Positions 36,739-50,704 of a DNA stretch of 64,000 bases are shown here, in pieces. The DNA is from Mobula hypostoma. Its lineage: Eukaryota. The notes below the pieces were generated by a model. That model saw only the letters and a list, made by a program, of their open reading frames with translations. It had not been told where the DNA came from and made no database searches. Each line of letters starts with the position of its first letter. The stretch's first letter is position 1. Location: NCBI RefSeq assembly GCF_963921235.1, contig NC_086101.1, forward strand, positions 124,001-188,000. The letters run 5' to 3'. The translations under genes and the position numbers were made by a program.

Positions 36739-39700
36739 AGCAGTGCAGAGAGACAGAGGGGTGTAAAGTGAGGGTAGAAGCAAAAAGTACAAAGGAGAAA
36801 AGTAAAAGTGGCAGGCCGACAAATCCAGGGCAAGCATTAAAAAGGGCCACTTTTCAACATAATTGTATAAGGGCTAAGAGAGTTGTAAAAGAGCGCCTGA
36901 AGGCTTTATGTGTCAATGCAAGGAGCATTCGTAATAAGGTGGATGAATTGAAAGTGCAGATTGTTATTAATGATTATGATATAGTTGGGATCACAGAGAC
37001 ATGGCTCCAGGATGACCAGGGATGGGAGCTCAACGTTCAGGGATATTCAATATTCAGGAGGGTTAGACATGAAGGAAGGGGAGGTGGGGTGGCGTTGCTG
37101 GTTAAAGAAGAGATTAACGCAATAGAAAGGAAGGACATAAGCCGGGAAGATGTGGAATCGATATGGGTAGAGCTACGTAACACTAAGGGGCAGACGACGC
37201 TGGTGGGAGTTGTGTACAGGCCACCTAACAGTAGTAGTGAGGTCGGAGATGGTATTAAACAGGAAATTAGAAATGTGTGCAATAAAGGAACAGCAGTTAT
37301 AATGGGTGACTTAAATCTACATGTAGACTGGGTGAACCAAATTGGTAAAGGTGCTGAGGAAGAGGATTTCTTGGAATGTATGCGGGATGGTTTTTTGAAC
37401 CAACATGTCGAGGAACCAACCAGAGAGCAGGCTATTCTGGACTGGGTTTTGAGCAATGAGGAAGGGTTAGTTAGCGATCTTGTCGTGAGAGGCCCCTTGG
37501 GTAAGAGTGACCATAATATGGTGGAATTCTTCATTAATATGGAGAGTGACATAGTTAATTCAGAAACAAAGGTTCTGAACTTAAAGAGGGGTAACTTTGA
37601 AGGTATGAGACGTGAATTAGCTAAGATAGACTGGCAAATGACACTTAAAGGATTGACGGTGGATATGCAATGGCAAGCATTTAAAGGTTGCATGGATGAA
37701 CTACAACAATTGTTCATCCCAGTTTGGCAAAAGAATAAATCAAGGAAGGTAGTGCACCTGTGGCTGACAAGAGAAATTAGGGATAGTATCAATTCCAAAG
37801 AAGTAGCATACAAATTAGCCACAGCAAGTGGCTCACCTGAGGACTGGGAGAAATTCAGAGTTCAGCAGAGGAGGACAAAGAGCTTAATTAGGAAGGGGTA
37901 AAAAGATTATGAGAGAAAACTGGCGGGGAACATAAAAACGGACTGTAAAAGCTTTTATAGATATGTAAAAAGGAAAAGACTGGTAAAGACAAATGTAGGT
38001 CCCCTGTAGACAGAAACAGGTGAATTGATGATGGGGAGCAAGGACATGGCAGACCAATTGAATAATTACTTTGGTTCTGTCTTCACTAAGGAGGACATAA
38101 ATAATCTTCCAGAAATAGTAAGGGACAGAGGGTCCAGTGAGATGGAGGAACTGAGTGAAATACATGTTAGTAGGGAAGTGGCGTTAGGTAAATTGAAGGG
38201 ATTGAAGGCAGATAAATCCCCAGGGCCAGATGGTCTGCATCCTAGAGTGCTTAAGGAAGTAGCCCAAGAAATAGTGGATGCATTAGTGATAATTTTTCAA
38301 AACTCGTTAGACTCTGGACTAGTTCCTGAGGATTGGAGGGTGGCTAATGTAACCCCACTTTTTAAAAAAGGAGGGAGAGAGAAACCGGGGAATTATAGAC
38401 CGGTTAGCCTAACGTCGGTGGTGGGGAAACTGCTGGAGTCAGTTATCAAGGATGTGATAACAGCACATTTGGAAAGCAGTGAAATGATCGGACAAAGTCA
38501 GCATGGATTTGTGAAAGGAAAATCATGTCTGACGAATCTCATAGAATTTTTTTGAGGATGTAACTAGTAGAGTGGATAGGGGAGAACCAGTGGATGTGGT
38601 ATATTTGGATTTTCAAAAGGCTTTTGACAAGGTCCCACACAGGAGATTAGTGTGGAAACTTAAAGCACACGGTATTGGGGGTAAGGTATTGGTGTGGGTG
38701 GAGAATTGGTTAGCAGACAGGAAGCAAAGAGTGGGAATAAACGGGACCTTTTCAGAATGGCAGGCGGTGACTAGTGGGGTACCGCAAGGCTCAGTGCTGG
38801 GACCCCAGTTGTTTACAATATATATTAATGACTTGGATGAGGGAATTAAATGCAGCATCTCCAAGTTTGCGGATGACACGAAGCTGGGTGGCAGTGTTAG
38901 AAGTGAGGAGGATGCTAAGAGGATGCAGGGTGACTTGGATAGGTTGGGTGAGTGGGCAAACTCATCGCAGATGCAATTTAATGTGGATAAATGTGAAGTT
39001 ATCCACTTTGGTGGCAAAAATAGGAAAACAGATTATTATCTGAATGGTGGCCGATTAGGAAAAGGGGAGGTGCAACGAGACCTGGGTGTCATTATACACC
39101 AGTCATTGAAAGTGGGCATGCAGGTACAGCAGGCGGTGAAAAAGGCGAATGGTATGCTGGCATTCATAGGAAGAGGATTCGAGTACAGGAGCAGGGAGGT
39201 ACTACTGCAGTTGTACAAGGCCTTGGTGAGACCACACCTGGAGTATTGTGTGCAGTTTTGGTCCCCTAATCTGAGGAAAGACATCTTTGCCATAGAGGGA
39301 GTACAAAGAAGGTTCACCAGATTGATTCCTGGGATGGCAGGACTTTCATATGAAGAAAGACTGGATGAACTGGGCTTATACTCGTTGGAATTTAGAAGAT
39401 TGAGGGGGGATCTGATTGAAACGTATAAGATCCTAAAGGGATTGGACAGGCTAGATGCAGGAAGATTGTTCCCGATGTTGGGGAAGTCCAGAACGAGGGG
39501 TCACAGTTTGAGGATTGAGGGGAAGCCTTTTAGGACCGAGATTAGGAAAAACTTCTTCACACAGAGAGTGGTGAATCTGTGGAATTCTCTGCCACAGGAA
39601 ACTGTTGAGGCCAGTTCATTGGCTATGTTTAAGAGGGAGTTAGATATGGCCCTTGTGGCTACAGGGGTCAGGGGGTATGGAGGGAAGGCTGGGGCGGGGT

Positions 39701-39801
39701 TCTGAGTTGGATGATCAGCCATGATCATAATAAATGGCGGTGCAGGCTCGAAGGGCCGAATGGCCTACTCCTGCACCTATTTTCTATGTTTCTATGTTTC
39801 T
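36739..39801 (+). mobile_element. CR1 family A ORF2, best-preserved copy
   Basis: ORFs of 425, 176 and 377 aa broken by two stops and one homopolymer frameshift; (TTTCTATG)n tail. Confidence 0.95.
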
Positions 39802-39856
39802 ATCTGGGGGACAGTGACCACCACTCCCAGGCTTTTGGCACTTTCATGGAAAAGGA

Positions 39857-42711
39857 TATATTTCAATGCTAGGAGTATTGCGGGGAAGGCGGATGAGTTG
39901 AGGGCGTGGATTGACATGTGGAATGATGACGTTATAGCAATTAGTGAAACTTGGCTACAGCAGGGGCAGGACTGGCAGCTTAATATTCCAGAGTTCCGAT
40001 GTTTCAGATGTGATCGAGGCAGAGGAATGAAAGGTGGGGGAGTAGCATTGCTTGTTGGGGAAAATATTACAGCAGTGCTCAGGCCGGACAGATTAGAGAG
40101 CTTGTCTACTGAGTCCTTATGGGTGGAGCTGAGAACAGGAAAGGTATGGCCACATTAGTGGCATTGTATTACAGACCACCCAATAGTCAACGACAATTGG
40201 AAGAGCAAATCTGCAGAGAGATAGCAGGCAACTGCAGGAAACATAAAGTTGTGGTTGCAGGGGATTTTAATTTTCCATATAATTGATTGGGTCTCCCATA
40301 CTGTTAGGGGTCTAGATGGTTTAGAGTTTGTAAAATGTGTTCAGGAAAGTTTTCTAGATCAATATATAGAGGGACCAACGAGAGGGGATGCAATATTGGA
40401 TCTCCTGTTAGGAAATGAGTTAGGACAAGTGACAGAAGTCTGGGTAGGGGAGCACTTTGGTTCCAGTGAACCAAACTTGATCATGGACAAGGATAGATCT
40501 GGTCCTAGGGTTGAGGTTCTGAACTGGAAGAAGGCCAAATTTGAAGAAATGAGAAAGGATCTAAAAAGCGTGGATTGGGATAGGTTGTTCTCTGGCAAGG
40601 ATGTGATTGGTAGGTGGGAAGCCTTCAAAGGAGAAATTTTGAGAGTGCAGAGTTTGTAGGTTCCTGTCAGGATTAAAGGCAAAGTGAATAGGAATAAGGA
40701 ACCTTGGTTCTCAAGGGATATTGCAACTCTGATAAAGAAGAAGAGGGAGTTGTATGACATGTATAGGAAGCAGGGAGTAAATAAGGTGCTTGAGGAGTAT
40801 AAGAAGTGCAAGAAAATAATTAAGAAAGAAATCAGGAGGGCTAAAAGAAGACATGAGGTTGCCTTGGTAGTCAAAGTGAAGGATAATCCAAAGAGCTTTT
40901 ACAGGTATATTAAGAGCAAAAGGATTGTAAGGGATAAAATTGGTCCTCTTGAAGATCAGAGTGGTCGGCTATGTGCGGAACCAAAGGAAATGGGGGAGAT
41001 CTGAAATAGGTTTTTTTGCGTCTGTATTTACTAAGGAAACTGGCATGAAGTCTATGGAATTAAGGGAAACAAGTAGTGAGATCATGGAAACTGTACAGAT
41101 CGAAAAGGAGGAGGTGCTTGCTGTCTTGAGGAAAAAGTGGATAAATCCCCGGGACCTGACAGGGTGTTCCCTCGGACCTTGAAGGAGACTAGTGTTGAAA
41201 TTGCAGGGGCCCTGGCAGAAATATTTAAAATGTCGCTGTCTACAGGTGAGGTGCTGGAGGAATGGAGAGTGGCTCATGTTGTTCCGTTGTTTAAAAAAGG
41301 ATCAAAAAGTAATCCGGGAAATTATAGGCCAGTGAGTTTAACGTCGGTAGTAGGTAAGTTATTGGAGGGAGTACTAAGAGACAGAATCTACAAGCATTTG
41401 GATAGACAGGGACTTATTAGGGAGAGTCAACATGGCTTTGTGCGTGGTCGATCATGTTTGTCCAATCTATTGGAGTTTTTCAAGGATGTTACCAGGAAAG
41501 TGGATGAAGGGAAGGCAGTGGATATTGTCTACAACGACTTCAGTAAGGCCTTTGATAAGGTCCCGCATGGGAGGTTAGTTAGGAAAATTCAGTCGCTAGG
41601 TATACATGGAGAGGTGGTAAATTGGATTAGACATTGGCTCAATGGAAGAAGCCAAAGAGTGGTAGTAGAGAATTGCTTCTCCGAGTGGAGGCCTGTGACT
41701 AGTGGTGTGCTACAGGAATCAGTGCTAGGTCCATTGTTATTTGTCATCTATATCAATGATCTGGATGATAATGTGGTAAATTGGATCAGCAAATTTGCTG
41801 ATGATACAAAGATTGGAGGTGTAGTAGACAGTGAGGAAGGTTTTCAGAGCCTGCAGATGGACTTGGACCAGCTGGAAAAATGGGCTGAAAAATTGCAGAT
41901 GGAGTTTAATACAGACAAGTGTGAGGTATTGCATGTTCGAGGGACAAACCAAGGTAGAACATACAGGGTAAATGGTAAGGCAATGAGGAGTGCAGTAGAA
42001 CAGAGGGATCTGGGAATACAGATACAAAATTCCCTGAAAGTGGCATCACAGGTAGATAGGGTCATAAAGAGAGCTTTTGGTACATTGGCCTTTATTAATC
42101 AAAGTATTCAGTATATGAGCTGGAATGTTATGATGAGGTTGTATAAGGCATTGGTGAGGCTGAATCTGGAGTAGTGTGTTCAGTTTTGGTCACCAAATTA
42201 CAGGAAGGATATAAATAAGGTTGAAAACGTGCAGAGAAGGTTTACAAGGATGTTGCCGGGACTTGAGAAACTCAGTTACAGAGAAAGGTTGAATAGGTTA
42301 GGACTTTATTCCCTGGAGCGCAGAAGAAAGAGGGGAGATTTGATAGAGGTATATAAAATTATGATGGGTATTGATAGAGAGAATGCAAGCAGGCTTTTTC
42401 CACTGAGCCAAGGGGAGAAAAAAACCAGAGGACATGGGTTAAGGGTGAGGGGGGAAAAGTTTAAAGGGAACATTAGTGGGGGGCTTCTTCACACAGAGAG
42501 TGGTGGGAGTATGGAAAGATCTGCCGGACGAGGTGGTAAATGCGGGTTCTTTTTTAACATTTAAGATTAAATTGGACAGATACATGGATGGGAGGTGTAT
42601 GGAGGGATATGGTCCGTGTGCAGGTCAGTGGGACTAGGCTGAAAATGGTTTGGCACAGCCTAGAAGGGCCAAAAGGCCTGTTTCTGTGCTGTAGTTTTTC
42701 TATGGTTTCTA
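39857..42711 (+). mobile_element. CR1 family C, APE-RT-3' end
   Basis: YFNARSI, ISETW, 345-aa RT ORF; 'ggata' duplication at the ends. Confidence 0.93.
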
Positions 42712-44959
42712 TGGATAGAATCAGGGAGGACAGGAAAATTTTTAATTGGGGAATGTCAAATTATAAGGCTATTAGACTAGAACATGCGGGTGTGAATTGG
42801 GATGATGGTTTTGCAGGGAAATGTACCATGGACATGTGGTCCATGTTTAGAGATCTCTTGCAGGATGTTGGGGATAAATTTGTCCCGGTGAGGAAGATAA
42901 AGAGTGGCAGGGTGAAGGAACCATGGGTGACAAGTGAGGTGGAAAATCTAGTCAGGTGGAAGAAGGCAGCATACATGAGATTTAGGAAGCAAGGACAGAT
43001 TGGTCTATTGAGGAATATAGGGAAGCAAGAAAGGAGCTTAAGAAGGGGCTGAGAAGAGGAAGAAGTGGGCATGAGAAGGCCTTAGCGAGTAGGGTAAAGG
43101 AAAAGCCCAAGGCATTCTTCAATTATGTGAAGAAGAAAAGGATGACAGGAGTGAAGGTAGGACCGATTAGAGATAAAGGTGGGAAGATGTGCCTGGAGGC
43201 TGTAGAAGTGAGCGACGTCCTCAATGAATACCTCTCTTTGGTATTCACCAATGAGAGGGAACTTGATGATGATGAGGACAATATGAATGAGGGTGATGTT
43301 CTGGAGCATGTTGATATTAAGGGAGAGGAGGTGTTGGAGTTGTTAAAATACCTTAAGACCGATAAGTCCCTGGGGCCTGATGGAATATTCCCCAGGCTGC
43401 TCCATGAGGCGATGGAAGTGATTGCTGAGCCTCTGGCTGGGATCTTTATGTCCTCGTTGTCCACGGGAATGGTACCGGAGGATTGGAGGGAGGCGAATGT
43501 TGTACCCTTGTTCAAAAAAGGTAGTAGGGATAGTCCGGGTAATTATTGACAGTGATCCTTACGTCTGCGGTGGGGAAGTTGTTGGAAAAGATTCTTAAAG
43601 ATAGGATCTCTGGGCGTTTGAAGAATCATGGTCTGATCAGGGACAGTCAGCAAGGCTTTGTGAAGGGCAGATCATGTCTAATAAGCCTGATAGAGTTCTT
43701 TGAGGAGGTGACCAGGTATATAGATGAGAGTAGTCCAGTAGATGTGATCTATATGGATTTTAGTAAGGCATTTGGCAAGGTTCCACACGGTGGGCTTATT
43801 CAGAAAGTCAGAACGCATGGGATCCAGGGATATTTGGCCAGGTGGATTCAGAATTGGCTTGCTTGCAGAAGGCAGAGGGTTGTGGTGGAGGGAGTACATT
43901 CAGATTGGAGGATTATGATTAGTGGCGTCCCACAAATATCTGTTCTGGGACTGCTACTTCTCATGATTTTTATTAACGACCTGGATGTGGGGGTCTAAGG
44001 GTGGGTTGGCAAGTTTGCAGACGACACAAAGGTTGGTGTTGGTGCAGATAGTGTAGAGGATTGTCAAAGATTGTAGAGACACATTGATAGGATGCAGAAG
44101 TGGGCTGAGAAGTGGCAAATGGAATTCAACCCGGAGTAGTGTGAGGTGGTATACTTTGTAAGGACAAACTCCAAGGCAGAGTACAAAGTAAATGGCAGGA
44201 TACTTGGTAGTGTGGAGGAGCAGAGGGATCTCGGGGTACATGTCCACAGATCCCTGAAAGTTGCCTCACAGGTGGATAGGGTAGTTAAGAAAGCTTATGG
44301 GGTGTTAGCTTTCATAAGTCGAGGGATAGAGTTTAAGAGTCGCGATGTAATGATGCAGTTCTATAAAACTCTGGTTAGGCCACACTTGGAGTACTCTGTC
44401 CAGTTCTAGTCACCTCGCTATAGGAAGGATGTGGAAGCATTGGAAAGGGTACAGAGGAAATTTACCAGGATGCAGCCTTGTTTAGAGAGTATGCATTATG
44501 ATCAGAGATAAAGGGAGCTAGGGCTTTATTCTTTGGAGAGAAGGAGGATGAGAGGAGACATGATAGAGGTGTACAAGATAATAAGAGGAATAGATAGAGT
44601 GGATAGCCTGCGCCTCTTCCCCGGGACACCACTGCTGAATACAAGAGGACATGGCTTTAAGGTAAGGCGTGGGAAGTTCAAGGGGATATTAGAGGAAGGT
44701 TTTTTACTCAGAGTGGTTGGTGTGTGGAATGCACTGCCTGAATCAGTGGTGGAGGCAGATACACTGGTGAAGTTTAGAAGACTACTGGACAGGTGTATGG
44801 AGGAATTTAAGGTGGGGGCTTATATGGGTGGTAGGATTTGAGGGTCGGTACGACATTGTGGGCCGAGGGGCCTGTTCTGTGCTGTACTATTCTATGTTCT
44901 AGTAAATTACAAAATATTGAAATCGTGCAAAAAAGGACCAATGAGGTGGAGTTCCCTCC

Positions 44960-45765
44960 TTCTCCTGACGTGCATGCCCTCTTGTATTGGACGTTTGCTC
45001 CTTAGAGAAAAAATACCATCTGTCTACTCTGTCTGTGCCTCTCACGTTCCTGTAAACATTTGTCAGACCTGCCTCAGCCGCTCCAGAGAAACTAGATCCC
45101 TGGATTGTCCAGTCTCACTTTATCCGAGCAGCCTCCTGTAAACTTTGTCTACTCACCTCTCGTCCTCCATCGCTCCAAGGGGAAAAGGCCAAGTTCACTC
45201 AATCTATTCTCATAAGGCATGTTCTCCAATCCAAGAGCAACATCCTTGTTATCTCTTCTACATTCTCTGTAGTATCCACATCCTTCCTGTAGTGAGGTGA
45301 CCGAAAATGAAGAAGGATCTCCAAGTGCAGTTTGATCAAGGTTTTGTACCGCTTCAACATTACCCACCATGGTTGATGAAGGCCATCACACCAGACGCCT
45401 TCTTAACAACACTGCCAACCTGTGCAGCAGCCTTGAGTGTCCTATGGACAAGGACCCCAAGATATCTCTGACCCTCCATGCTGCCAGGATTCTTTCCATT
45501 AATTTTATATTCTGTGTTCAAATTTGACCTGCAGAAATAAACTTCTTCACACTTATCTGGGTCGAACTTCATCTGCCACTTCTCAGCCCAGTTTTGATTC
45601 CTATCTATTTCCCGCTGTAATCTCTGATAACCCTCCAGACTATCCACAACACTCCAAAATTTTGTGCCACTTCTCAGCCCAGTTCTGCATCCTATCTATT
45701 TCCCGCTGTCATCTCTGACAACCTTCGAGACTCTACACAACACCCCCAACTTTTGTCATCAGCAG
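44960..45765 (-). mobile_element. Old CR1 fragments with an ~90-bp local duplication
   Basis: WAEKWQM.F.PDKCE; 45575-45660 is repeated at 45665-45755. Confidence 0.75.
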
Positions 45766-46110
45766 GGCCTTCTGGGATTTGTAGTCATGTAGCCTCCCTC
45801 CCCACTCCCTCCCTGCAAATACATTTTTCCTCAGCCACCACAGACATCGCTGGAATGGAGTCAACGAGGCACAAAGGAAATCTGCGCCCGTCCCTGTGGA
45901 CGCCAAGATCGGCGACCACCAACAGCAACTACTCGCTGAACTCCGCCATGGCAATGGAGCGGAAGAGGATGGGCTGAACATGGGGCAGATTTCCACCATC
46001 CTATCGGAACTCAGACCCAACTCTGATCCCTGCTGTCATTGGCTGAGTTCCCTGTCGGTCAAATGAGAACTCACACATTGATTAGTTGATATGAACGCCA
46101 GTCAGCCTTC
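45765..46110. promoter_or_regulatory. Non-repeat GC/CpG island: ZNF143 site, CCAAT box, splice acceptor
   Basis: Reverse strand GACTACAAATCCCAGAAGGC (45767-45786); AGCCAATGA at ~46036-46044 (-); tttttcctcag acceptor at 45834 (+). Confidence 0.5.
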
Positions 46111-47409
46111 CTGTCTTTATGATTTTGAGTTTGGATTTATATCGGGGTCAGGAGGCCACTTGTAGAAGGTGCAATATTTGGTAAAGCAGGTTGGGAGAAA
46201 TGTAAGATTTTATGTGATGATGCATCAGTATCCGACTGACATTATTAAGAACAGGCACAGGCCGCGGTGAGGAATGCGGTGATTTACAGGAGGTAATATT
46301 TATATGGAGATAATATTTGAAGGGATATTAATCTTCGAGATGTTTGGGGTATGATTAAAGAAATGAGCGATTTGTAGGTATCATAATATTCCAATGTTGA
46401 TTAATGAGCGCAAAATGATTGTTACTTAAACAGGGAAGGTTGTGTTGCTGGCTGGATCATTTGCTTAGATTCATAATCAGGATAATTGATAAGTGAAGAA
46501 GTTAAACAATGTAGGGACATGATTTTCAATGAATACTGTACCCTGATGTGTTGGAAGTCAGCAGTAGCAGTGATAATATCACTGATGTCGAGTTTTCTTC
46601 GTAGTACTTTAAGAAGTCTTTTTAATGCAGGTCCGGCGTGTCTAGGAAAGGGTGATATATGTAATTGCAATCGTATATAATTCTCTCTTGACAAAATATT
46701 AAATTTTTGAATCGTGTTTGTAGGTTAGGCCATCTACTTTAGTCATGGAAAATGTCAGATGTAGTGCCTATTCTAAAACCTGGAGATTCCGTCTGATCAT
46801 TCTAGTTATGGGCTTATATCGCTAATGTCTCATTTATGTAAACTGATGGAATGTATGGTAATCGAGCGCTTGAGCTATATTTTTGAAAGAGCGGTGATTT
46901 AGTGTTTTATTCGAGTGGATTTCGGAAGGGTAGAATGACATTAGATTAGTTTTTGGTTTGGAAGACTATATTAGGAAAGCACAATTAAATAAAGATGGGT
47001 GTAATAGCAGTATTTTTAGTAATGTAAACGCATATGATATGTTATGGAAGGAAGGACTTTTGATTAAATTATAGGAATTAGGAATGAGGAGAGATTGCAT
47101 AATTTATCTGAGTTTTTTTGGACGGACAGTGCAGGTACGGATGGGCATGTTATGCTTGTGTTGCTACGAGACAGAGAATGGGACCCCACACGGCGGTGTT
47201 TGTAGTCCTTTATTATTTAATTTTATGATTAATGATATTTTCTCTGGGATAGGTACTCTGGTGGGTAAATCACTACGTGCAGATGATGTAGCTTTATGGA
47301 TTAGAGGTAGTAATGTCAATGTGACTGTAAGTATGATGCATTTACAATCAATATAGTAGAGTAGTGCACAAATAGATGAGGATTTGAGCTTTCATTCGCT
47401 GGTCCCTGT

Positions 47410-47940
47410 ACTCATCCATTCTGGTCAAAAAGGTGCAACAGCGTCTTTATTTCCTGCAGAACATCAGGAAAGCTCACCTTTGTCCCAGGATACTGACGGA
47501 CTTTTACCGCTGTACCATTGAGAGCATACTCACCAGCTGCATCTCAGTGTGGTATGGCAATTGTCCCTATCGGACTGCAAAGCACTCCAGGGTGTGATGA
47601 AAACTGCCCAGCGGATTATTCTCAAGGATGCATTTCACCGTAACCATAGATTTTTTACTCTTCTCCCATCAGGTAGGCGCTACTGCAGCCTCTGCTCCCA
47701 CACCAGGAAGAGCTTCTTCCCTGAGGCTGTGACCCTGCTGAACCTCACATTACAGCGCTAAGCAGTATTGCATCCATATTGTACTGTCTCGGTACTTTCA
47801 TATTTGTGTACTGTAGCACTTTTTATTCGCAGTTATTTTGTAAATAACTTTATTCTTTGCATTTCTGGTCAGATGCTAAATGCATTTCATTGGGTTTGTG
47901 TCTGCACGACGAGAATAAAGTTGAATCTAAATCTATCTAA
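47410..47940 (+). mobile_element. Rex1/Babar, third family, 3' fragment
   Basis: QQRLYFL, FYRCTIESILT, LPSGRRY; aataaagttgaatct tail. Confidence 0.8.
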
Positions 47941-48756
47941 ATCCAAAACACGTTATGTGTTTTACAAACAGGATTTATTGACCTGCACTTGATTTGAAAT
48001 TATATGATTTAGCTGTTGGGGAAATGCCAGTAGTCAGATTTCCAGCCAAGTGGATGGATAACATGCTGACATGGAAGCACCATATCAGTAAAATAATTCA
48101 TAAATGTAAAGGAGCAATAAATCTCCACGGGCATCTGCTGGGTATTCTTGGGTGCCACGCGAAAATCTTTGTTGACCATTCTATTTGATTAATTCGATCT
48201 GCTCTTGATTATGGCTGTGTTATACTGGTTAAAACAGGACAATTGCCCTTATAATAACAGAGACTGAAGTTGATGTTAACATACTTGAATAACATAAAGG
48301 GACAAGGAAATGATTATCCTGTTAAAGGTGTGCTAGAGGACAGTTAGGAACATCACAAGAAGAACGCTTTTTTTGTTTTTGATGGCTGGGTGCTTATCAT
48401 GCTGTGAATATGGGTGTATTTGATGATACAACATGTCCCACGGTAGCTTTATTGGTAACCCCACCTTGTTTTTTTCCCCAATGTCTTTAGTTAATTTTAG
48501 GTCACAGGATTGAATTCTGTTCTGCCTGAGAGACTGTTGGCTCATCAGTGTATTAATGAATGTTATTTTGATACAGTAACGATTTTCATGGATGGATCAA
48601 AATATAATTTAATTGGGAATGCTGGCATGGCTGTTTTGTGCCTGAATTGCAGGTAATGATAAAGAAATGACTTTAACAGCCATTTATTGGCATATGAAGC
48701 AGAATTCTTTGTCATCATTTTAGGATTAAAGTGGGTGCACAAAATTGGTCCTTGCA

Positions 48757-49209
48757 AACTTGAGAAACTCAGTTACAGAGAAAGGTTGAATAGGTTAGGA
48801 CTTTATTCCCTGGAGTGTAGAAGAATGAGGGGAGATTTGATAGAGGTATATAAAATTATGATGGGTATAGATAGAGTGAACGCAAGCAGGCTTTTTCCAC
48901 TGAGGCAAGGGGAGGAAAAAAAAACAGAGGACATGGGTTAAGGGTGAGGGGGGAGAAGTTTAAAGGGAACATTAGTCGGGGGCTTCTTCACACAGAGAGT
49001 GGTGGGAGTATGGAATGAGCTGCCAGGCGAGGTGGTAAATGCGGGTTCTTTCTTAACATTTAAGAATAAATTGGACAGATACATGGATGGGAGGTGTATG
49101 GTGGGATATGGTCCGTGTGCAGGTCAGTGGGACTAGGCAGAAAATGGTTCGGCACAGCCAAGAAGGGCCAAAAGGCCTGTTTCTGTGCTATAGTTTTTCT
49201 ATGGTTTCT
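48757..49209 (+). mobile_element. CR1 family C 3' fragment
   Basis: 'aaacttg' at both ends; sits inside the Nimb RNase H. Confidence 0.88.
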
Positions 49210-49874
49210 AAACTTGTAATTTGTTCAGAATCCTTTTCTGGTTTGATGAGTATTAAACAGGTCATTCTAGCAGTAGGTCAGATTGATTGAGGTAACCTCA
49301 TCAAACTGTATTTCATATACAAAGTTTGATTTGTAGTATGTACCTGATGGGCCCTGCACATCGCACTGTTGTGGGAAATGATGGGGTTGAATGTGTAGCA
49401 ATAAAAGCTGTTAAAAGTTCAACTGTGGATATAGACCTTCCACTGAGCAAATCAGAAGCTCAGGGGTTGGTAGTGTTCAGAATTAGGGACTTGTGGCAAG
49501 ATTTGTAGGATAAAGGACAGACACCTTTACAGAATACAGAAACCAGTTGGATTTATAGAAGAAGGGGTTAAAACGAGAAGGGAAGGAATGATGTTGACAC
49601 GATTTAGAATTTCCCACACTACGCTTAATCATATCTAATTGAAAATCTTCGTTATATGTCCTGCACATTTTGTCATTATGAAACAGTTACACACACACTA
49701 TTTCAAAGTGAAGCATTTTAGGCTGAAAGAAATCAAATGCAGTCTTCACTACAATCTTTGGGGCGTTGATTGTTTTCAGATAAAAACTTTTTTAAGTTAT
49801 GGGAGTGACTTTAAATTAATTCACAGTATTGAGCGGGTAAAGGCATGTAATAATTGTATCGGGGGACATCGATA

Positions 49875-50704
49875 TGCAAGGGGATTGGGAAAATCATGTT
49901 GGTGTCGGATCACAAGAGAGGGAATCTGTTGAATGCCTACGAGATGGCTTTTTAGAGTAGCTTGTGTCGGGGTCTACTTGGGGAAAGGATATCTCAGATT
50001 GGGTGTTGTGTAATAACCCTGATGTTATTCAGGAGCTTAAAGTAAAGGAACCCTTGGGAGGCATGATCATAATAAAATTGAATTCATACTTGAGAGGGAG
50101 AAGCCTAAGTCACATGTATCAGTATCGCAATGGAATAAAGGGAATTACCGAGGCATGAGAGAGGAACTTGCCCAGCTGCATTGAAGGAGGATACTGCGGG
50201 GATAACGACTGAATAAAGGTGTCTGAAGTATCTGAGAGCTGGATAGACATGTCCCACAGAAGAAGTTCCCAAATGGCAAGGGTAGACATCTATGGCTAAC
50301 AAGTGAAGTTAAGGACTGTGTAAAAGCTAAGGAAATGGCATATAAGGTAGCAAAGGTGAGCGGACAGTTGAATTATTCGGATGCTTTTTAAATCCAACAA
50401 AAAAAAACAACTAAAAGTGTGATAAGAATGGTAAAGATGAAGTATGAGGGTAAACTAGCCAGTAATGCAAGTGAAGTATTAATGGGAGACAAAGAAATTG
50501 CAGATGAACTTAATGAATACTTTGCATTAGTCTTAACTTTGAAAGGCAGCAGGAGTGAGTGCCTTTGCAATTACAAAGGAGAAAGTGCTAGACAAACTCG
50601 AAGGTCTTAAGGTGGACAATTCACCTGGACCAGATGGACTGCATCCCAGAGTCCAGGGAGAGGCTGCTAAAAAGATAATTGTTGTGGTGGTCACGATCTT
50701 TCAA
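49875..50704 (+). mobile_element. Old CR1, piece 1 (continues at 57135-57400 and 62199-64000)
   Basis: Decayed APE/tether; SPGPDGLHPRV. Confidence 0.75.

Larger units (their letters stand above)
36389..44900 (+). mobile_element. CR1 family B, 5'-truncated, in three pieces (36389-36741, 39802-39858, 42712-44900)
   Basis: Pieces are collinear with 15070-17659. Confidence 0.9.
46200..49860 (+). mobile_element. Old Nimb/I-clade LINE with RT and RNase H
   Basis: ENGTPHGGVCSPLLFN, ADD; RNase H motifs F.DGSK, AEFFVI, ICSES, PAH...GND. Confidence 0.8.

Noticed and set aside
37037..37822. Long antisense ORFs (261 aa here, 274 aa at 60289-61113, many shorter)
   Set aside because: They mirror LINE ORF2 codons and show no independent motifs.
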